A DNA stretch of 64,000 nucleotides, taken from contig NMRA01000460.1 in NCBI GenBank assembly GCA_002633005.1, positions 239,653 through 303,652 of the forward strand. Direction: 5' to 3'. A program made the translations under genes and the position numbers. Positions within the stretch are counted from its first letter, which is position 1. Each line of letters starts with the position of its first letter. The DNA comes from Phoronis australis (lineage: Eukaryota > Animalia > Phoronida). This document shows positions 1 to 13,446 of the stretch, one piece after another. Under the pieces are notes generated by a model. The model did no database searches, had not been told where the DNA came from, and was given only the letters and a program-made list of their open reading frames with translations.

Positions 1-85
1 TCCCCGCCAGGCACAACCACACATTCGTTTTCGACGAGAAGACATGTATAAACGGAAATTCGAATATTTCACATTTTCAATTTAG

Positions 86-258
86 GTCGGATGCTTGTTG
101 GTGCTACCGTTTACCGCTCGTCAAACGGACGACGGGGTGATCCGATTTATAATTCATTCCGGAACACGAAATCTTCCGCTGCGTTCTGGAAATGGGAGTT
201 ATATGAGCACGAGATTGATCCGACTTCTTCAGATCCAGGGATCCATTTTCCAGTCGAG
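86..258 (+). CDS. Gene A exon: MAM domain, middle part (gene starts upstream of window)
   Basis: tttag|...GAG|gtatga; phase 1 to 0; open frame RMLVGATVYRSSNGRRGDPIYNSFRNTKSSAAFWKWELYEHEIDPTSSDPGIHFPVE, which joins in frame to the MAM C-terminal exon at 1523. Confidence 0.7.
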
Positions 259-1522
259 GTATGAAATATATTAGTCATGGTTCAGCTTTGAGTAATAGTT
301 ACTGCAAGAGCTTTTGAAGAATGGAATTCAATTTTGCCAACTTTGCGTCTCCTTCAAGTTCATTTTCTTCTGGTCACCTTTTTCTAGGACTCCCTGAACA
401 TTAGAAGGCAAAAAGATTTTAGTTTACACTATGAAACGCGTTACCATGCTAATTGGACACTCATGTGATGAGGATTTATTACTACCACTGCAAACACTAT
501 AACGTCGTGAAATGGAGGTCGTCAATTGCAACGTCTATCGAAACACGTTTCAGGTTCTACTCTTGTTTCGGGCTGTGACCAGCAGTAGGCAGTTTTAGCG
601 TTCAGTAACACAATGGAAGTCGGCACAGCCTTTTTTCTAGAGTCATTTATTCTGAAGCGTGGCTTGTGCCGTTTGAACATTGTGTTAGCGGTGGATCGAG
701 TACTGAGAATGGAGCCTTGCAATCCCGCCATAGTCTATAATGCAAGCCAGGGACATGTTGAAACTTTTGACTTTTTGATAGAATCCGTGTCTTGGATTTG
801 TAGGTGTCGAGAATGATCGAGCCATGATGCGTAGAGATCATAGGACATTGTTGTGTTGTTTCAACAAAGTTCAGTTGGACCCTTGCATCCGTTTTCATTA
901 GGGTGGTTTAAAGTTAAACATGGTTTATTTTGGACTTGGAACATGTTTAAACATACTCATGCTTTTCATTGAGGTTTAACTTTCAGATCAATGGTCTAAT
1001 AAACCTGGTTTAATTCCATTTTAAACTTGGTCTAAGTCGGTTTTCATTTCACCAACGAGGTCTGTGTTCCTCAGTCTTGCATTAAGATCTTAAACCAGAT
1101 TTAACTTTAGACCTGGTTAGAACCAGGTTTATGGCAAAGGTGCGCGATTTATGGGGTATCAACCGTGCATCTGAAAAACGCCGTAGTGTGCAATACCACG
1201 ACGCAACTTTAGAGTGAGAATAGAATATTTTCAATTTTCACTAAACAGTTCCATCAGGATTTCATGATGAAATTACAGTAGAAATTTCTTCTAATAGTCT
1301 ATAATCCAGGAAATTTACTTTTAACTGCAGAAGTTTTCGAAAGCCGATCTTGACTGCTTCATTCCACGTGTGGTGAGAACACTTCGTCTGGCTAAAATAC
1401 CGCAGAATATCGAATAGTAGTTCTATCATACTGGTTTTGAATTCATTTATTTGAATACTAGAGAAACACTGAATAGGAAAATATCACTTGACTTTCAACT
1501 TCTCTAACAAATTGTCTGTTAG

Positions 1523-1658
1523 ATTGTAATCAGCGCTATGAAACAAGAAGGGATAGGATACGCGAGCATAGACGATATTGTGGTCACTCGAGGAAAATGT
1601 CCTATTAAGCCAACTGCACCCACCCTGCCGCCGCCTGTTACCCGACCACCGCCGACAG
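1523..1658 (+). CDS. Gene A exon: MAM C-terminus plus Pro/Thr linker
   Basis: ctgttag|ATT...ACAG|gtaggt; IVISAMKQEGIGYASIDDIVVTRGKC matches the MAM end motif (IxIDDIxvxxGxC), followed by PIKPTAPTLPPPVTRPPPT. Confidence 0.85.
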
Positions 1659-1792
1659 GTAGGTGACTCCGTTATCGTGAAAATAAACAATCATGTACAC
1701 CAGTTTCAATTTAACTGGCTTCTGCAGACAAAGCTAGTACACGACCACTCATAGTTCTGTCAACTAATTGGCTAATTCGCGCTTGACCAAAG

Positions 1793-1917
1793 AGAGAGGG
1801 GGGGAGGGGGAGAGAGAGAGGGAGGGAGGGGGAGAGAGAGAAGGAGGGAGGGAGAGAGAGAGAGAGAGAGGGAGGAAGAGGGAGAGAGAAAGAAGAAGGG
1901 GAGAGGAGGAAGAGAGA
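1793..1917. repeat. GA-rich polypurine microsatellite
   Basis: (GA)n/(GGAG)n tract. Confidence 0.9.
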
Positions 1918-1989
1918 TCATACGTTTATTAACTTATATAACGAATTTGTGTAATGCAATAAAGAAACAAAAAAGGTTTGGATATATAT

Positions 1990-2990
1990 CAGGTGTCCCA
2001 CTTTTTGATACGCATTTTCCCAGCAATTGACCTACCGAATTCGTTCATTTTTTCGCAATGTATGTTCAGGGTGTCATCAACACGTCTACAAAGTATCTGA
2101 GAAATATAAAAATTATGGAAGAACTGTAAAATTCAAAACAGCGGGGTGAAAATACAATATCCCAGTAACTTTCATCGTGTTCAAGCTGTGCTGGCATCTG
2201 TCTGTCAAAAAAGTGCCTGCCTGGGTCTCAAGTCTACTGTTTTTTACCTGTATGCAAATCAGTTTCGTTCAATATTCCGTTTTGCAAGGATGCCTTTAAG
2301 TGAAGTAATCAATTTACATCTGAAACCTGTTTCAAGGAGAAAGGGTTTGAGCGGCAGAAGAGTGGAGTCGTCCGACTGTAAATAGACTTATTGCTAAAAT
2401 ACTTAACGCAGGGTCTGTTACGCGTAAAAGTGTGAACGAAGACTGCATGTTTCAAGAAAACGAGGATCCTGTTGAGGAACTGATTCATTCTCAGGAGGAC
2501 AAACCGGGGAATCACAAATCTTTGAGAGAAATCGTAAGTGATTTACAAGAGAGCAAAGAATGGCAAAAAATATGGAGTGAAAACCCCTCGAGTGAATATA
2601 GGTATCACAGAGAGATCAAAATGTTACAGGAAAAAATCTATTACACTAGTTGCATAACCGCTATTCAGCCACTGGTGCAAAAAGAATCATTTTGAATGAT
2701 GAAAAAGACTTTACGCTAGAAATCGCTAAAATCGCCAAAACGATCCCGTTTATAGGAAATAAAAACGAGAAATTCAACCTTCTCTACTCCGTCACGAGAC
2801 TTCCAGATTTTGCAAAATTAATGTTTTTCGCTGGAGTATCTTGGTAAAGAAAAACAAAATATTAATTTTATTAACGCTGACGGAGCCGAAGTTAACAGTC
2901 AACGCTACATGCATTTATTGGATGAAAATCTTCTCCCGGATTGCAGGCTACTTTATCGTGGAAACAATTGCGTGTTTCAGCAAGCTTCAC
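1990..2990 (+). mobile_element. Degenerate, truncated IS630-Tc1-mariner transposon
   Basis: TA-rich flank then CAGGTGTCCC end; frameshifted transposase VEELIHSQEDKPGNHKSLREI...RIILNDEKDFTLEIA-NRQND...LMFFAGVSW; right end not found. Confidence 0.7.
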
Positions 2991-3617
2991 ACACGAATAA
3001 CTGTGAGGACAGTGGACTTTTGGGAAGATGAATTGTCAAATAAAACATTGCTCTCAATTGGTTAAATAATTTTTAAGAATAAATGCTCGCCTCCAGTAAT
3101 GCCGTAAAATAAAAGTTTATCTAGGATGATACTTTGGTCTATTGCATCAAAGGGCTTTGAAAGGTCTAAAAATATGGTTATTGGGTTTATCCCTTTGTCC
3201 GTTAATTCTATCAGCTAGTTCGAGTGCTGCAGATGTCAAAGAAATGTTGAAATTTTCGGTTTTAGTTAATTTGGTAAAGTTCAATGTTGAGATAGCCGGT
3301 AACAATGAGTTATTTGTTATCTGTGCTTGATTTAACAATGACATGATTGAGTAAATTCATCTAAAAATAATTGCATGTGTCTGTCTGGAGTTTCAGGGGG
3401 CTTGTAAATGTTGGCAAAAACTAAACATTTGTTGTTTATCTTTATATGAGAGAGTAAGCATTCATACGTTTTAAAATTGTATGAAATATATTTTTATAAA
3501 CTCACAAGCCTTTTCTTGTCCACCATGAGTACTACAATCTGATGAGTAAAAAGTGTCTGTCAAAGTTGTCTAGATTAAATAGTGAGTAATTATCAGTTGT
3601 TAACAACCAGGATTTTT

Positions 3618-4451
3618 GGAATTGTTCTAAAACCCCCTCGACCCACGACCCCCTCGACCCACGACCCCCTCGACCCACGGACCACAATCCTCTCGACCCA
3701 GTCTGCACAAGCTCGACTCGATCTGAACAAGGAACAAACGCTGACTTGCAGGACCAACGAGTCGGGCCATGAGCTCGACTGGCTTTTCCCTTTTTTGCAA
3801 ATAGGAGAGTCGATTCGGCAAGTATGAAAGACAAAAACAGAAAAAAAGTAACGCGACCAAATCATATCAAATCAAATCAAAGTCCTATCAACATTACAAA
3901 TGTCGTTGCCGCCAAAGTGTATTCGTCTCGTCTGCTCATCAGTGAATGGATGATTCAAGCTCTTTTAGGAGAGTGCGAGGAACCGGCGAATATGTAATTT
4001 CATCAGCAAAAAAAATTGTTAACTAAAAAGTATCTCAACGTTACATAGAATAGATTTTAAACGAGAATACAACAGAAAGCAAATAACAAAAATGTGAAAT
4101 TATGTCCATTCACGTTAATCTACACTCTCCCTAAGTTCAGTAGAATTGGGCCCTTGTTGGCCGCTCGTGGAGTTATTTCCGTTACAACGATAGCGAGTTC
4201 ATAATTCACTATTTCAGATCATATTCTTACACTCCTTTTGCTTTTAACCACCAGACTGGAGCCAGAGCAGATTTGCGTGTAAGTAAGTCTTATGGGAAAG
4301 TCATTCAACGACGTAATGTGATTATGAAATGTGTAAGAAGCGCAAAGATACATCTATTGCGACAAGTCATGTGTTGAGGTGGGCGTGGGTTGAAGGATCG
4401 TGGGTAGAGGGAGTCCTGGGGTGTGGTGGTCGAGGGGTTTTAGAACAATCC
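3618..4451. mobile_element. MITE-like element with TIRs and internal CCTCGACCCACGA repeats
   Basis: GGAATTGTTCTAAAACCCC ... GGGGTTTTAGAACAATCC inverted ends; diverged inverted partial copy at 27796-28420. Confidence 0.7.
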
Positions 4452-5117
4452 AGATTCTTGAACGCAGATGATATCGAAAAAATAGTTCATTGTTTGTAGA
4501 CTATCAAGAATAACTCTATAAACACCGAATTTTGCGTTGAGCGACTGAATACTGACACTCTGTAATTTGAGTTCATCTTTATGTAATTGCAATTTTTTTC
4601 AAGTCTTCGGTGTCACAATAGTTGGATTTACTGATTTGAAACGTATTTTCGTTGTTTCCCATATTGAGAGTACCTATTAAGTTGTTGACTTGACAATTGT
4701 TTCCTCCAATGTCTGAACACTTTCTGAAGACAAATCGTCAGGTTTACAATGCTTGTTATGTTGGGCATAAAGCTTGTGTCCAGTCAGGAACATCTATATC
4801 GATCCTTGGTCATATGCACCTCGGCAGACAAATGTTGCCTCCGGCCGTCGATCTAGGACAACATTACCCCCTTTGCCCATGTGATCTAATATCACCCCCG
4901 GGATCGGTCCATTTTTTTGAATATTTTCAACCCGATATTGTCCATCCATAATCAACACCATCTTCAAAGTCAACGACATCGTTAGTCATCAACCTCATTG
5001 TCGTTTGTAGTGCTTCGTCATTATGACCAATCACGTCACGGACACTTACAATCAATGATGTCGTGCAAGGTAATTTTTAGTGTTGGACAAATAAATATTG
5101 AGCTTTACTCCTTCCAG

Positions 5118-5237
5118 GGGGCCCATGTGTGAACACACACGACAGTAGTCAGTGCAATGGTTGGGCTACCATTGGGGAGTGCGAGAAAAACCCGGCTTGG
5201 ATGCATACGAACTGTGCACTGGCATGCGGCATTTGCA
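5118..5237 (+). CDS. Gene A exon: ShK (ShKT) domain 1
   Basis: ccttccag|...|gtaagc, 120 bp, phase 1-1; CVNTHDSSQCNGWATIGECEKNPAWMHTNCALACGIC has the six-Cys ShK pattern (C..W...GEC..NP.WM...C...C..C). Confidence 0.93.
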
Positions 5238-5616
5238 GTAAGCTATGGGATTTTTAGAGTTTTGAAGACTAGACTAGATTCACCCTTTCCTGTAACCGTC
5301 TTCACATTTTCAGATTTGACGAGAGTTTAAGCGGACGTTTCAGTTTCTTGCGAGTTACTAAGTTTGAATCGTTAGTAATTAAATATCTAAAGTTATTTAT
5401 AATGAGTATAATGTATCTACTGTTATTTTATTCCGTTACTCAAAAGTAAATTTCGTCTCCCACTGATACATGGACCCATTTCGTCTAAATTTGTGCTTAA
5501 TATGTACACGGATCTTGTTTTTGTTAAATTCTGATATTATTTACTTGAAGCATACTCAAATATGTAATATCTAAATTTTTTCACAATGTACTTATTCTGT
5601 CGTTTTTATTTTCAAG

Positions 5617-5649
5617 GTTCTCCAACACTTCCAACAGTACCACCAACAG
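5617..5649 (+). CDS. Gene A micro-exon: Pro/Thr linker
   Basis: ttttcaag|GTTCT...ACAG|gtagcg, 33 bp, phase 1-1; encodes SPTLPTVPPT; donor is weak. Confidence 0.65.
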
Positions 5650-7361
5650 GTAGCGACACCTTACCATCAATGTCAGCAACATTTACGTTGTGTTTAAAAG
5701 AAATAAGACTTTATTCAAGTGGAATGTTCGTGGAAGTCATGCTCAAAATTACTTGGATGAACCACGACTACAAATGGTTACATTTTATGTACATAGAGCT
5801 TGATCTAGTAAGACACCCGCACAACATTTAGGTTATGATTCCATGCGTTTTATGCAATCGCTGTACGTTTGAACACCTTCGTCGTTGCTTCACTGCATAT
5901 AGTCTATATGCCACTACGAATAACTTTAAATCTAGGAAGGTCGTTTATTTACTTTGATGGATTTTATAAAAAAATGCTGGCAAAAACTTTTGTTGGAAAA
6001 ATATTTAGCTTCAAATGCCACGCGAAAATGAGATGGAGCTTCTTTTGAAATTGTAAAATGGAAATAACTTCACAAGTATGTAGAAACTATAAACGACGAA
6101 AACGAATTGGTCATCTTGGTGACTTATTCTGTTCACTGAATTGTTACTATCGTTAGTCAATTGGCCCTGACCTGTAGGACCTTTAACATGAAAAGTTTCG
6201 TGGGTTCTTTTACCTGCTAATTTTATTTTGACGTTTTCCACTTCATTCATAGGTATACCTTTGAATGCAAATTTCCTCCATTCAAAGTCGACAAATTTAA
6301 TTTTTTACTGTTTAAAATGAAATATTATTGGAAGGGTGTCGTTATTTTGTTAACAAAAAACTAGGATTAAATAGGAATTGTAAGGCAAATACTGAGTAGA
6401 AAAAAGTAGGTCAATAGCAGGCAGCTGACCTCAATTCTTGATTAGTTTTGTCGACTAATCCTTATTACTATTAGTAAACACCACATGGTTACAGAAAGGT
6501 AACAATTCCAGAGACGAATTCATCTTTGTCAGACTCGGGCTCCATCGTCTGGCACCAGTTTCCTCCCCTGGCCTCCTATGGCCCCTGTCGACATTATTTA
6601 CAGCTAACAGTAACACTCTTTTGAAACGATTTTTGCGAACATCGTGAAAATATAAGTAATATGATGCACAGGGTGTTAGCCCAAGTTGCTGGAGACATGC
6701 AAAAAGTAAAAATTTAATATTTTAACGGAGTTTATATTTATTCCCCTAAATTACTCGTTTTTACTCAATTGCAGTGTTCCATAATTTCAACAGTATGCAG
6801 AAGCGTGTGACATCGTTGTAATGAAAATTACTTGAAAAGCTGATTTAAAGAAATATTGACACCTTTGATTGGTGTTGCTCATTGAAAAGTTATATTTTCA
6901 TATAAAAGTTATCTTAATAGTGAATTATATTTTGAGCAAGTGTCCGAGTAAAACGTATATCATCATACCAACTCTGTTTATGGTTTGATGAAAGCGGACG
7001 AAGTTCTATTATATAAACTTTGTCTCATATGCACCTACCCTACCTATTCTAAGTAGTATTCATATTTAACAAACAAAAATAATATGTACGTTGGGCACAT
7101 GGTAACGTAAATTACTGTACCTAATTTTGCGGAAAACAAGAAATATCCAATGCGCAACCAGATCTCTTTCTTGTTGTATCCATTTTTAAATAATGAATCA
7201 GAAATACTTTGTTCAGCCATGCACGAAAATTGCCAGGTGAAAGTACCCACTGACAGGTAGCATTTGTAAAACGACTTTGTATAATTGTAGGTAAGTATTT
7301 AATAGGCTTAATCGCATATTTGCTTTTATCTTTTCGCTAATTGCTTTGGTGTCAACACTAG

Positions 7362-7481
7362 CGGGTCCTTGTGGGAACAAGCATGACACAGCGGAGTGTG
7401 CTTTATGGGCATACAGTGGCGAATGTGACACGAACCCCAGCTATATGCATGTTTACTGTGCCCTGGCGTGTGGGAAATGCA
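7362..7481 (+). CDS. Gene A exon: ShK domain 2
   Basis: ctag|...|gtaagt, 120 bp, phase 1-1; CGNKHDTAECALWAYSGECDTNPSYMHVYCALACGKC. Confidence 0.93.
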
Positions 7482-7932
7482 GTAAGTATAATGTTCTATG
7501 CGCGAATTCATAGAGATACAAACAATGTACTAGCCATTTCCCCATGCAACCATGGAGGTCTACTACTAGACACTTCCGGTGATGTGGATGCTTGATCAAA
7601 TAAGTTGGGATGGCAAAGTCATGTTAGAAGCTAACAAACATCGTAATCACTCAGAACCATCCCTGATCATAGCCAAAACTCAGCTCTGTAAGCAGTTCCA
7701 CCGGACTGCTTTTCACCACTTGGTGAACTGGATATATACCTTAGGAATGGGAGGAAAATTCTTGTTCAGTGTGTTAGTACTAACCAAATGAAATGCCCTT
7801 GACACGTTTAGAAAAAACGTAAGAGGTCTTACTGGTTATATTACACCTCCTTTTCCTTCCGCTAACAATAACGAAACAAATCGTCTGCCATCTTCTACCC
7901 TTAAGTTTCGACCTAATGACGTCATGCAGTGA

Positions 7933-8262
7933 CCCATAGACTATAGTACATGGACGGCCAACTCTGGCCGAATAGTTTCAATGGACGAAATTTGTGATCT
8001 GACGCATAACCGTGACGTCATTATTCACTAGCGACACCTGGCAAAATTGGCAAGTTTTACTTCCGGCAAGTACGTCGTCTGCTTATCATGGTCGGCTGTT
8101 GTGTGCGGGGTGGGTGCCAAAAGTACTTACGATAACAACAGTCCTATCACTGGAAGACTTTAAACTGCGTTTCAATGCCGAAATTATTTTTATTCGTTGT
8201 ACTGGACAGTAAAATAGATGCGAGAATTTCCCGTCACAATACACTAACCGGAAACTGAAATT
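7933..8262 (+). repeat. Unclassified dispersed repeat (CCATAGAC end)
   Basis: Diverged inverted copy at ~33925-34122 (ccatagactatagtacatggac; cacaatacactaaccggaaactg). Confidence 0.55.
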
Positions 8263-9222
8263 GGTAATTTAGAAGAGTGGCGCCTCCTCTAGGAAAATGT
8301 CGGAGTTGGGAATCTGTTGTCCATTACTTATGATACCAGCCAATGGGCCCAGTGAATGCTTTAGTCCATGAATTCACCGGTAGGTCAAAAAAGCAAATGG
8401 CAGAGTGAAAAGCATAAAGTAATATGTCAAATCTTCGAGTGAATAAGTTCTTTCAAGGGCTTGATTTCAGAGCAGCTGTGTTCGCCGTATTATTTCTTAA
8501 GATAAATGTGTTCACGCAATCGCAATTTCGACTCGTGTGGTTTAAAGTTTGACGTGCAATTCGAGTGTGATGGCATTTGATTCTACACTTTCCCTGCGCG
8601 CACCTCCATCCCTTTTACTATTTAAGGGTTGGTTAATTACCAACTAAACTGATCATTGCTTGGGCTGCTGCCAAGCTCAAAATTGCAAATTAACAAAGTT
8701 ATCAACATTTTAATGTTGGATTTTCCTCTTTAAGCTTGGTTTTGATAATGGGGTAGCTAAATAGGTCATTTAAGTAATTAAGTAAGAACCGCTCTCATTG
8801 TTAATATCTGGCTAATATGGTTTACACAAGCCAATAGGAATCAAGGTCTCATACAGTGAGCAACTTCCCATATGTTTGCTTCCAGGGAAATCACTTGTGA
8901 TTGATGTGATTATTTTTATAAATTGCCCAACTACGCGTTTTCAGTGCATATTCAGATATTATGTGCCTTTAGACATGCAATGAACATAATGAATGATGAA
9001 AAATGGAAAGAAGTTTTTATTTTACGTTTTCTGACGTTTTTATTTTCGTCCCACAAAAGGGACGCTGGGCACATGTGGGGTCTATAAACCACCAACAGAA
9101 ATGCCTACTAAAACCAGTAAAAATGAAAGATGTAGGATGATATTGATTGTTTTTAGATGCTAAGGTATTGTAGAAAGTAAAACAAAAGACAAAAATTGAT
9201 GAGAATGTTGTATCAAGTATCT

Positions 9223-10840
9223 TTATTGTGCAACATGAAATGCCATAAAGCATTTGTCGTGAAGGCTAACATCGCATTTCACACAAAAACGCTTTGTCTT
9301 CATTTTACAAACTGCACATCGCCTCTGGGTGTCTCTTGTGTNNNNNNNNNNNNNNNNNNNNNNNNNNNNNNNNNNNNNNNNNNNNNNNNNNNNNNNNNNN
9401 NNNNNNNNNNNNNNNNNNNNNNNNNNNNNNNNNNNNNNNNNNNNNNNNNNNNNNNNNNNNNNNNNNNNNNNNNNNNNNNNNNNNNNNNNNNNNNNNNNNN
9501 NNNNNNNNNNNNNNNNNNNNNNNNNNNNNNNNNNNNNNNNNNNNNNNNNNNNNNNNNNNNNNNNNNNNNNNNNNNNNNNNNNNNNNNNNNNNNNNNNNNN
9601 NNNNNNNNNNNNNNNNNNNNNNNNNNNNNNNNNNNNNNNNNNNNNNNNNNNNNNNNNNNNNNNNNNNNNNNNNNNNNNNNNNNNNNNNNNNNNNNNNNNN
9701 NNNNNNNNNNNNNNNNNNNNNNNNNNNNNNNNNNNNNNNNNNNNNNNNNNNNNNNNNNNNNNNNNNNNNNNNNNNNNNNNNNNNNNNNNNNNNNNNNNNN
9801 NNNNNNNNNNNNNNNNNNNTAGTAGGGGATCATTGACTCGTCAATTGACAAGTTTTGCTCTCGGCTGAAATAGATGAGACATTTCTCATTGATAGCCGCC
9901 ATCAGAGGTCTCACCTTTCCCATTTTGTCAGCGCCATCCAGGCGATTATTGTCTACTAAATGCAAGTAACGCATTATTGTCTCGAACCTGTTGCGAGACA
10001 TAGTGTTGGCTACTGCTGTGTTGTGCAAATCATCGTCAAGAGACCAATACATTCTGCGCCTAGGTGTCGATGAGTATCCGGTTACCAGGAGTATGCCAAT
10101 GAATGATTTCATCTCATCTTGGGTAACAGTGAAATCATGAGCACCTTTAGTTCCAGCATAGCGCACCGTCTCTGACACAATCATATCAATTACATCATCA
10201 GAAAAAAAACAACTCGAACAATCCTGCTGGTGTCTGCGGCAAGTTGTCAAAGTTTGCTGTTGGTTGTTGACGCCACAGAAATTTGTCATGGGCTGTGATG
10301 TCCTGTTTGACCCAGGTTCTTGCAGTCTTTTGCTTTTTTGCCTTTTTGGTAGTACTGTTTGTTCTTTGTTGTTTGGGTGGAGGTGGTTCATCATCAGAGC
10401 TGTCACTGCTGTCTTACATTCGTTGACGAGTGCTGTTGATAACGGTTACAGACGCTGCAGCAGTAAGGAGACGACCAGGAAGATTAGCTATATTTCCACC
10501 GCTGTCTTCATCTCCACTGTCCTCATCTGTTATACCACCATCTGAAAGTGGGCTCATAAAAATGTCAGCCCGTTGAAATGCTCCATCATCTTCCAGCATT
10601 TCAACAGCATCATTTACAGTAAGATTCCTGCCAAATAAAATGAGAATAATGATATTACCATTTGTGCCAAGCGTCCCTTTTGTGGGACGTTTGCAAAGGG
10701 CATTTATTTTTACACAATTTGTGAAAACAAATAATTAAAGCTTTCTATGAACTCTAGACACATTATTCTACTAAGTGAATTGCAATAAACTGAAAATTTC
10801 ATGATTTGAATAAGATTTTTGCTTACCTTCTTTGAGACAT
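9223..10840 (-). pseudogene. piggyBac transposase (intron 10628-10826; frameshifted; middle in gap)
   Basis: MSQRR|NLTVND...DIFMSPLSDGGITDEDSGDED; FIGILLVTGY, RRMYWS, MSRNRFETIMRYLHLVDN, KVRPL, LSIDESMIPY; C-terminal RCAVC...CVKCDVSLHDKCFMAFH* Cys-rich domain. Confidence 0.88.
9342..9819. other. Assembly gap (N run)
   Basis: Run of N. Confidence 1.
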
Positions 10841-11203
10841 GTTGAAAACCTTTAAACCATGCAGGCGTGGCGTCACAATAGCACAATTACGTGAGTAAAA
10901 GTGGAGATAATTCCAATTGTTGCAAATGACCTTCTGCGTACATTCCCAAGCAAACACTTCACCAGAGTAAATCCAGATAGAATTGAATTTTCGTTAATTT
11001 AGGACAGCATTTTTGTAGTGTCCCACAAATGGGACGCTGGGCATAAATGGGTTTTAAATAAAGAACAGTGTCTGTATTTGTTCAAATCTCATAAGCGGCA
11101 TGTAAACGTCTCCATAGATACACATTCTACTCTCATGATTCAGAGGGATTTGTCAGTGATCTTGTGTTTTCTGATTCCACTGCATTCAGAAGACATTACT
11201 TAA

Positions 11204-11555
11204 AGGCGAAGGCAACCTTTTTCATGTCACTTTTAGCAAAAATAAGGTCTGTTGATTATCCCAGACATATTTTTCACTTAATTACACCTTTTCGTATTTT
11301 AATTAATTTCTCGTATTCTACTCCGGAAGTGACGTTTTGGGAGGCAAGAATTTCGCGCCAATTTCTTTTCATACAGTCTGACTGTGAGAGCAGTCGAATC
11401 AGTCATTGTGCTACCTCGGTTGTGATAAGTTCGGTCGTCGTTTGCTTTCGTTTAATTAAATTACGAAAAGCTGTACTTAAGTGAAAAATATGTCTGGGAT
11501 AATCAACAGACCTAATTTTTGCCAAAAGTGACACGAAAAAAGGTTGCCTTCGCCT
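11204..11555. mobile_element. TTAA-targeting MITE (Kolobok-like) with ~80 bp TIRs
   Basis: TTAA|AGGCGAAGGCAACCTTTTT...AAAAAGGTTGCCTTCGCCT|TTAA; near-perfect TIRs and TTAA duplication. Confidence 0.88.
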
Positions 11556-12831
11556 TTAAGCGCACGAGGCTTGTGTTAAGAAATATTTGCTGATGGCAAC
11601 TCATTTCAAACTGTTTGTACTCATTTGGCCGTATGTCAAGACAAGGCTGAAAAAGGCTTGTGATATCACAACGCCAAAACTACAATTTACTAAAAACAAT
11701 AGGCATTTTCTGAAGATTCAAGTAAAAGTTAACATTCTGTAGCAGTGCTGGAGAAAGAAAGTAAATATTTATATCTACTGCAAAGTTCTGGAATTCCTGG
11801 CGAGTATTCGAGCCTAACGCCACGGCACTTCTTCGGACATAAAAAAATAATTGTAGGCGGTCTACACGTTGTACCAGACGTGCAAAGACCACGCTTGTGG
11901 GCCCATTGCTTGGAACCAATTTTGTTTTATTTATTTATAGTTATATAAGGCCAGTCGCCATCTTGCGTACGTTTTCTACCAATCAGCCATGTTTTGTACT
12001 ATCACAGTTGGTAACGTATTGACTGACAACCCATTCAATGAAAATTTGAATTAAATGACAAAACAAAACAAAACAGCACGTGTTGCAAAGAGAAAATGTA
12101 AAATCGAATGATCTTTTATTTAAATGTAATCCAAATGTCATGGCCTTTTTGGTGGGAATTTGTGGTATGTGCTGTTAAGTTCAAATTCTTGACAACAGAA
12201 TTTAAATGAGCATAATTATACTTTGGGCTTGCTGGTTCTACAAAATTTCCCATTTCATTCAAGTATATTTGGACTTTGCCATCCAGGTATTTCATTGATA
12301 GATTAGAGACACATGTAACTACGGTACATCTTTACCTGAGAGTGGAATTAGTTTCAAGGGCAGTACAATTACCAAAGTACAAAAATCCACTTCTGAGATC
12401 ATTTGGAACACCACGTCTCGAAATCTATGTGTGAAGAAGTTCATTATTATGTGCTGCGGTAATACTTGCTTTGACAATTGCTTATTGATAACATGGATTC
12501 AAAAATTCATCTTTGTTGAAAGGTGCAAGACATCGTGATTCGCGTGTAGAGCAATATTTTATGTTGCTGCCTTTTGTTGAAATATTATGCTACAAACTGG
12601 TAGCATTTCGAAGGCAAAAACGAATCTAAATACATGACGAATCTTTGCATAAGTGGTATGTTCTTCTTCTTACTGTCGGTCCGTATTTTTTGCTTGTCGA
12701 TCAGTGTGTTCTAACGGCAAGGGTGTGTTTCTAATTTGCGTTTTTGTTGAACTTTTTTCCAGGTAGAATTGTTTTAATAAGTGAGCGTTGCATGCGCCAT
12801 CTATCAGTTTAATGTATATCGTTCGCTGCAG

Positions 12832-12951
12832 GCACAGATTGTTCAAACATCCACAACACAGCAACGTGCGACAGATGGGCCGCAAGAGGCGAATGTGTGA
12901 AGAACCCTCAATGGATGTTACCTAATTGTGCGCAGGCATGCGACGAATGCG
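12832..12951 (+). CDS. Gene A exon: ShK domain 3
   Basis: ctgcag|...|gtcagt, 120 bp, phase 1-1; CSNIHNTATCDRWAARGECVKNPQWMLPNCAQACDEC. Confidence 0.93.
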
Positions 12952-13446
12952 GTCAGTGGTTGATTTAATATTTGGTGGGGTGCATACAAAAAGCATGCTT
13001 CCGTCAGCTAAAGTGATAAAAGACTTCCACTTAGTAGTGATTTTAGTACAAGAATTTATTGGGCCACGTCGATCTGTGCTCCTTTTTGAAAATAATGCAT
13101 GTTTCACTCATTTAGTACATGTAACAATAAAGTGCTTCGATTTTTACCTAGAAATGACCACTCTGTAGGGGAATCCCCACATACAGGTGAGTGCAGATGA
13201 CGCTGACCAGGGGCTACTGCAATTTCGTAGGAAAAAGAGTTCGATTCGATGGGGCCGCTTTGTGGCTTGGCAAGTTCAGAACACGTCGAGTATTTTCGCA
13301 GCCTGTGACTACGAAAATACTCCAGATGTTTCAAATGGATCAACTTTAGGTGATTATGACCTTCGTTTACCAAAGAATTCAAAATGAAGACCACACACAG
13401 TATCTTTAATAGTGAAAGTATATGTCTTGACGTCATACCTTTTAAG

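Larger units (their letters stand above)
9047..11051 (-). mobile_element. piggyBac transposon (PGBD2/PGBD3-like), defective, spans an assembly gap
   Basis: End motif GTCCCACAAATGGGACGCTGGGCATAAATGGG at 11020-11051, with copies at ~10659-10690 (inverted) and ~9047-9080; transposase on minus strand. Confidence 0.85.

Noticed and set aside
4697-4979. Overlapping short ORFs in the gene A intron
   Set aside because: No recognisable domain and no frame-compatible splice sites
9196-9868. Long ORFs of X residues (also 20322-21452 and 41039-42220)
   Set aside because: Artifacts of N gaps
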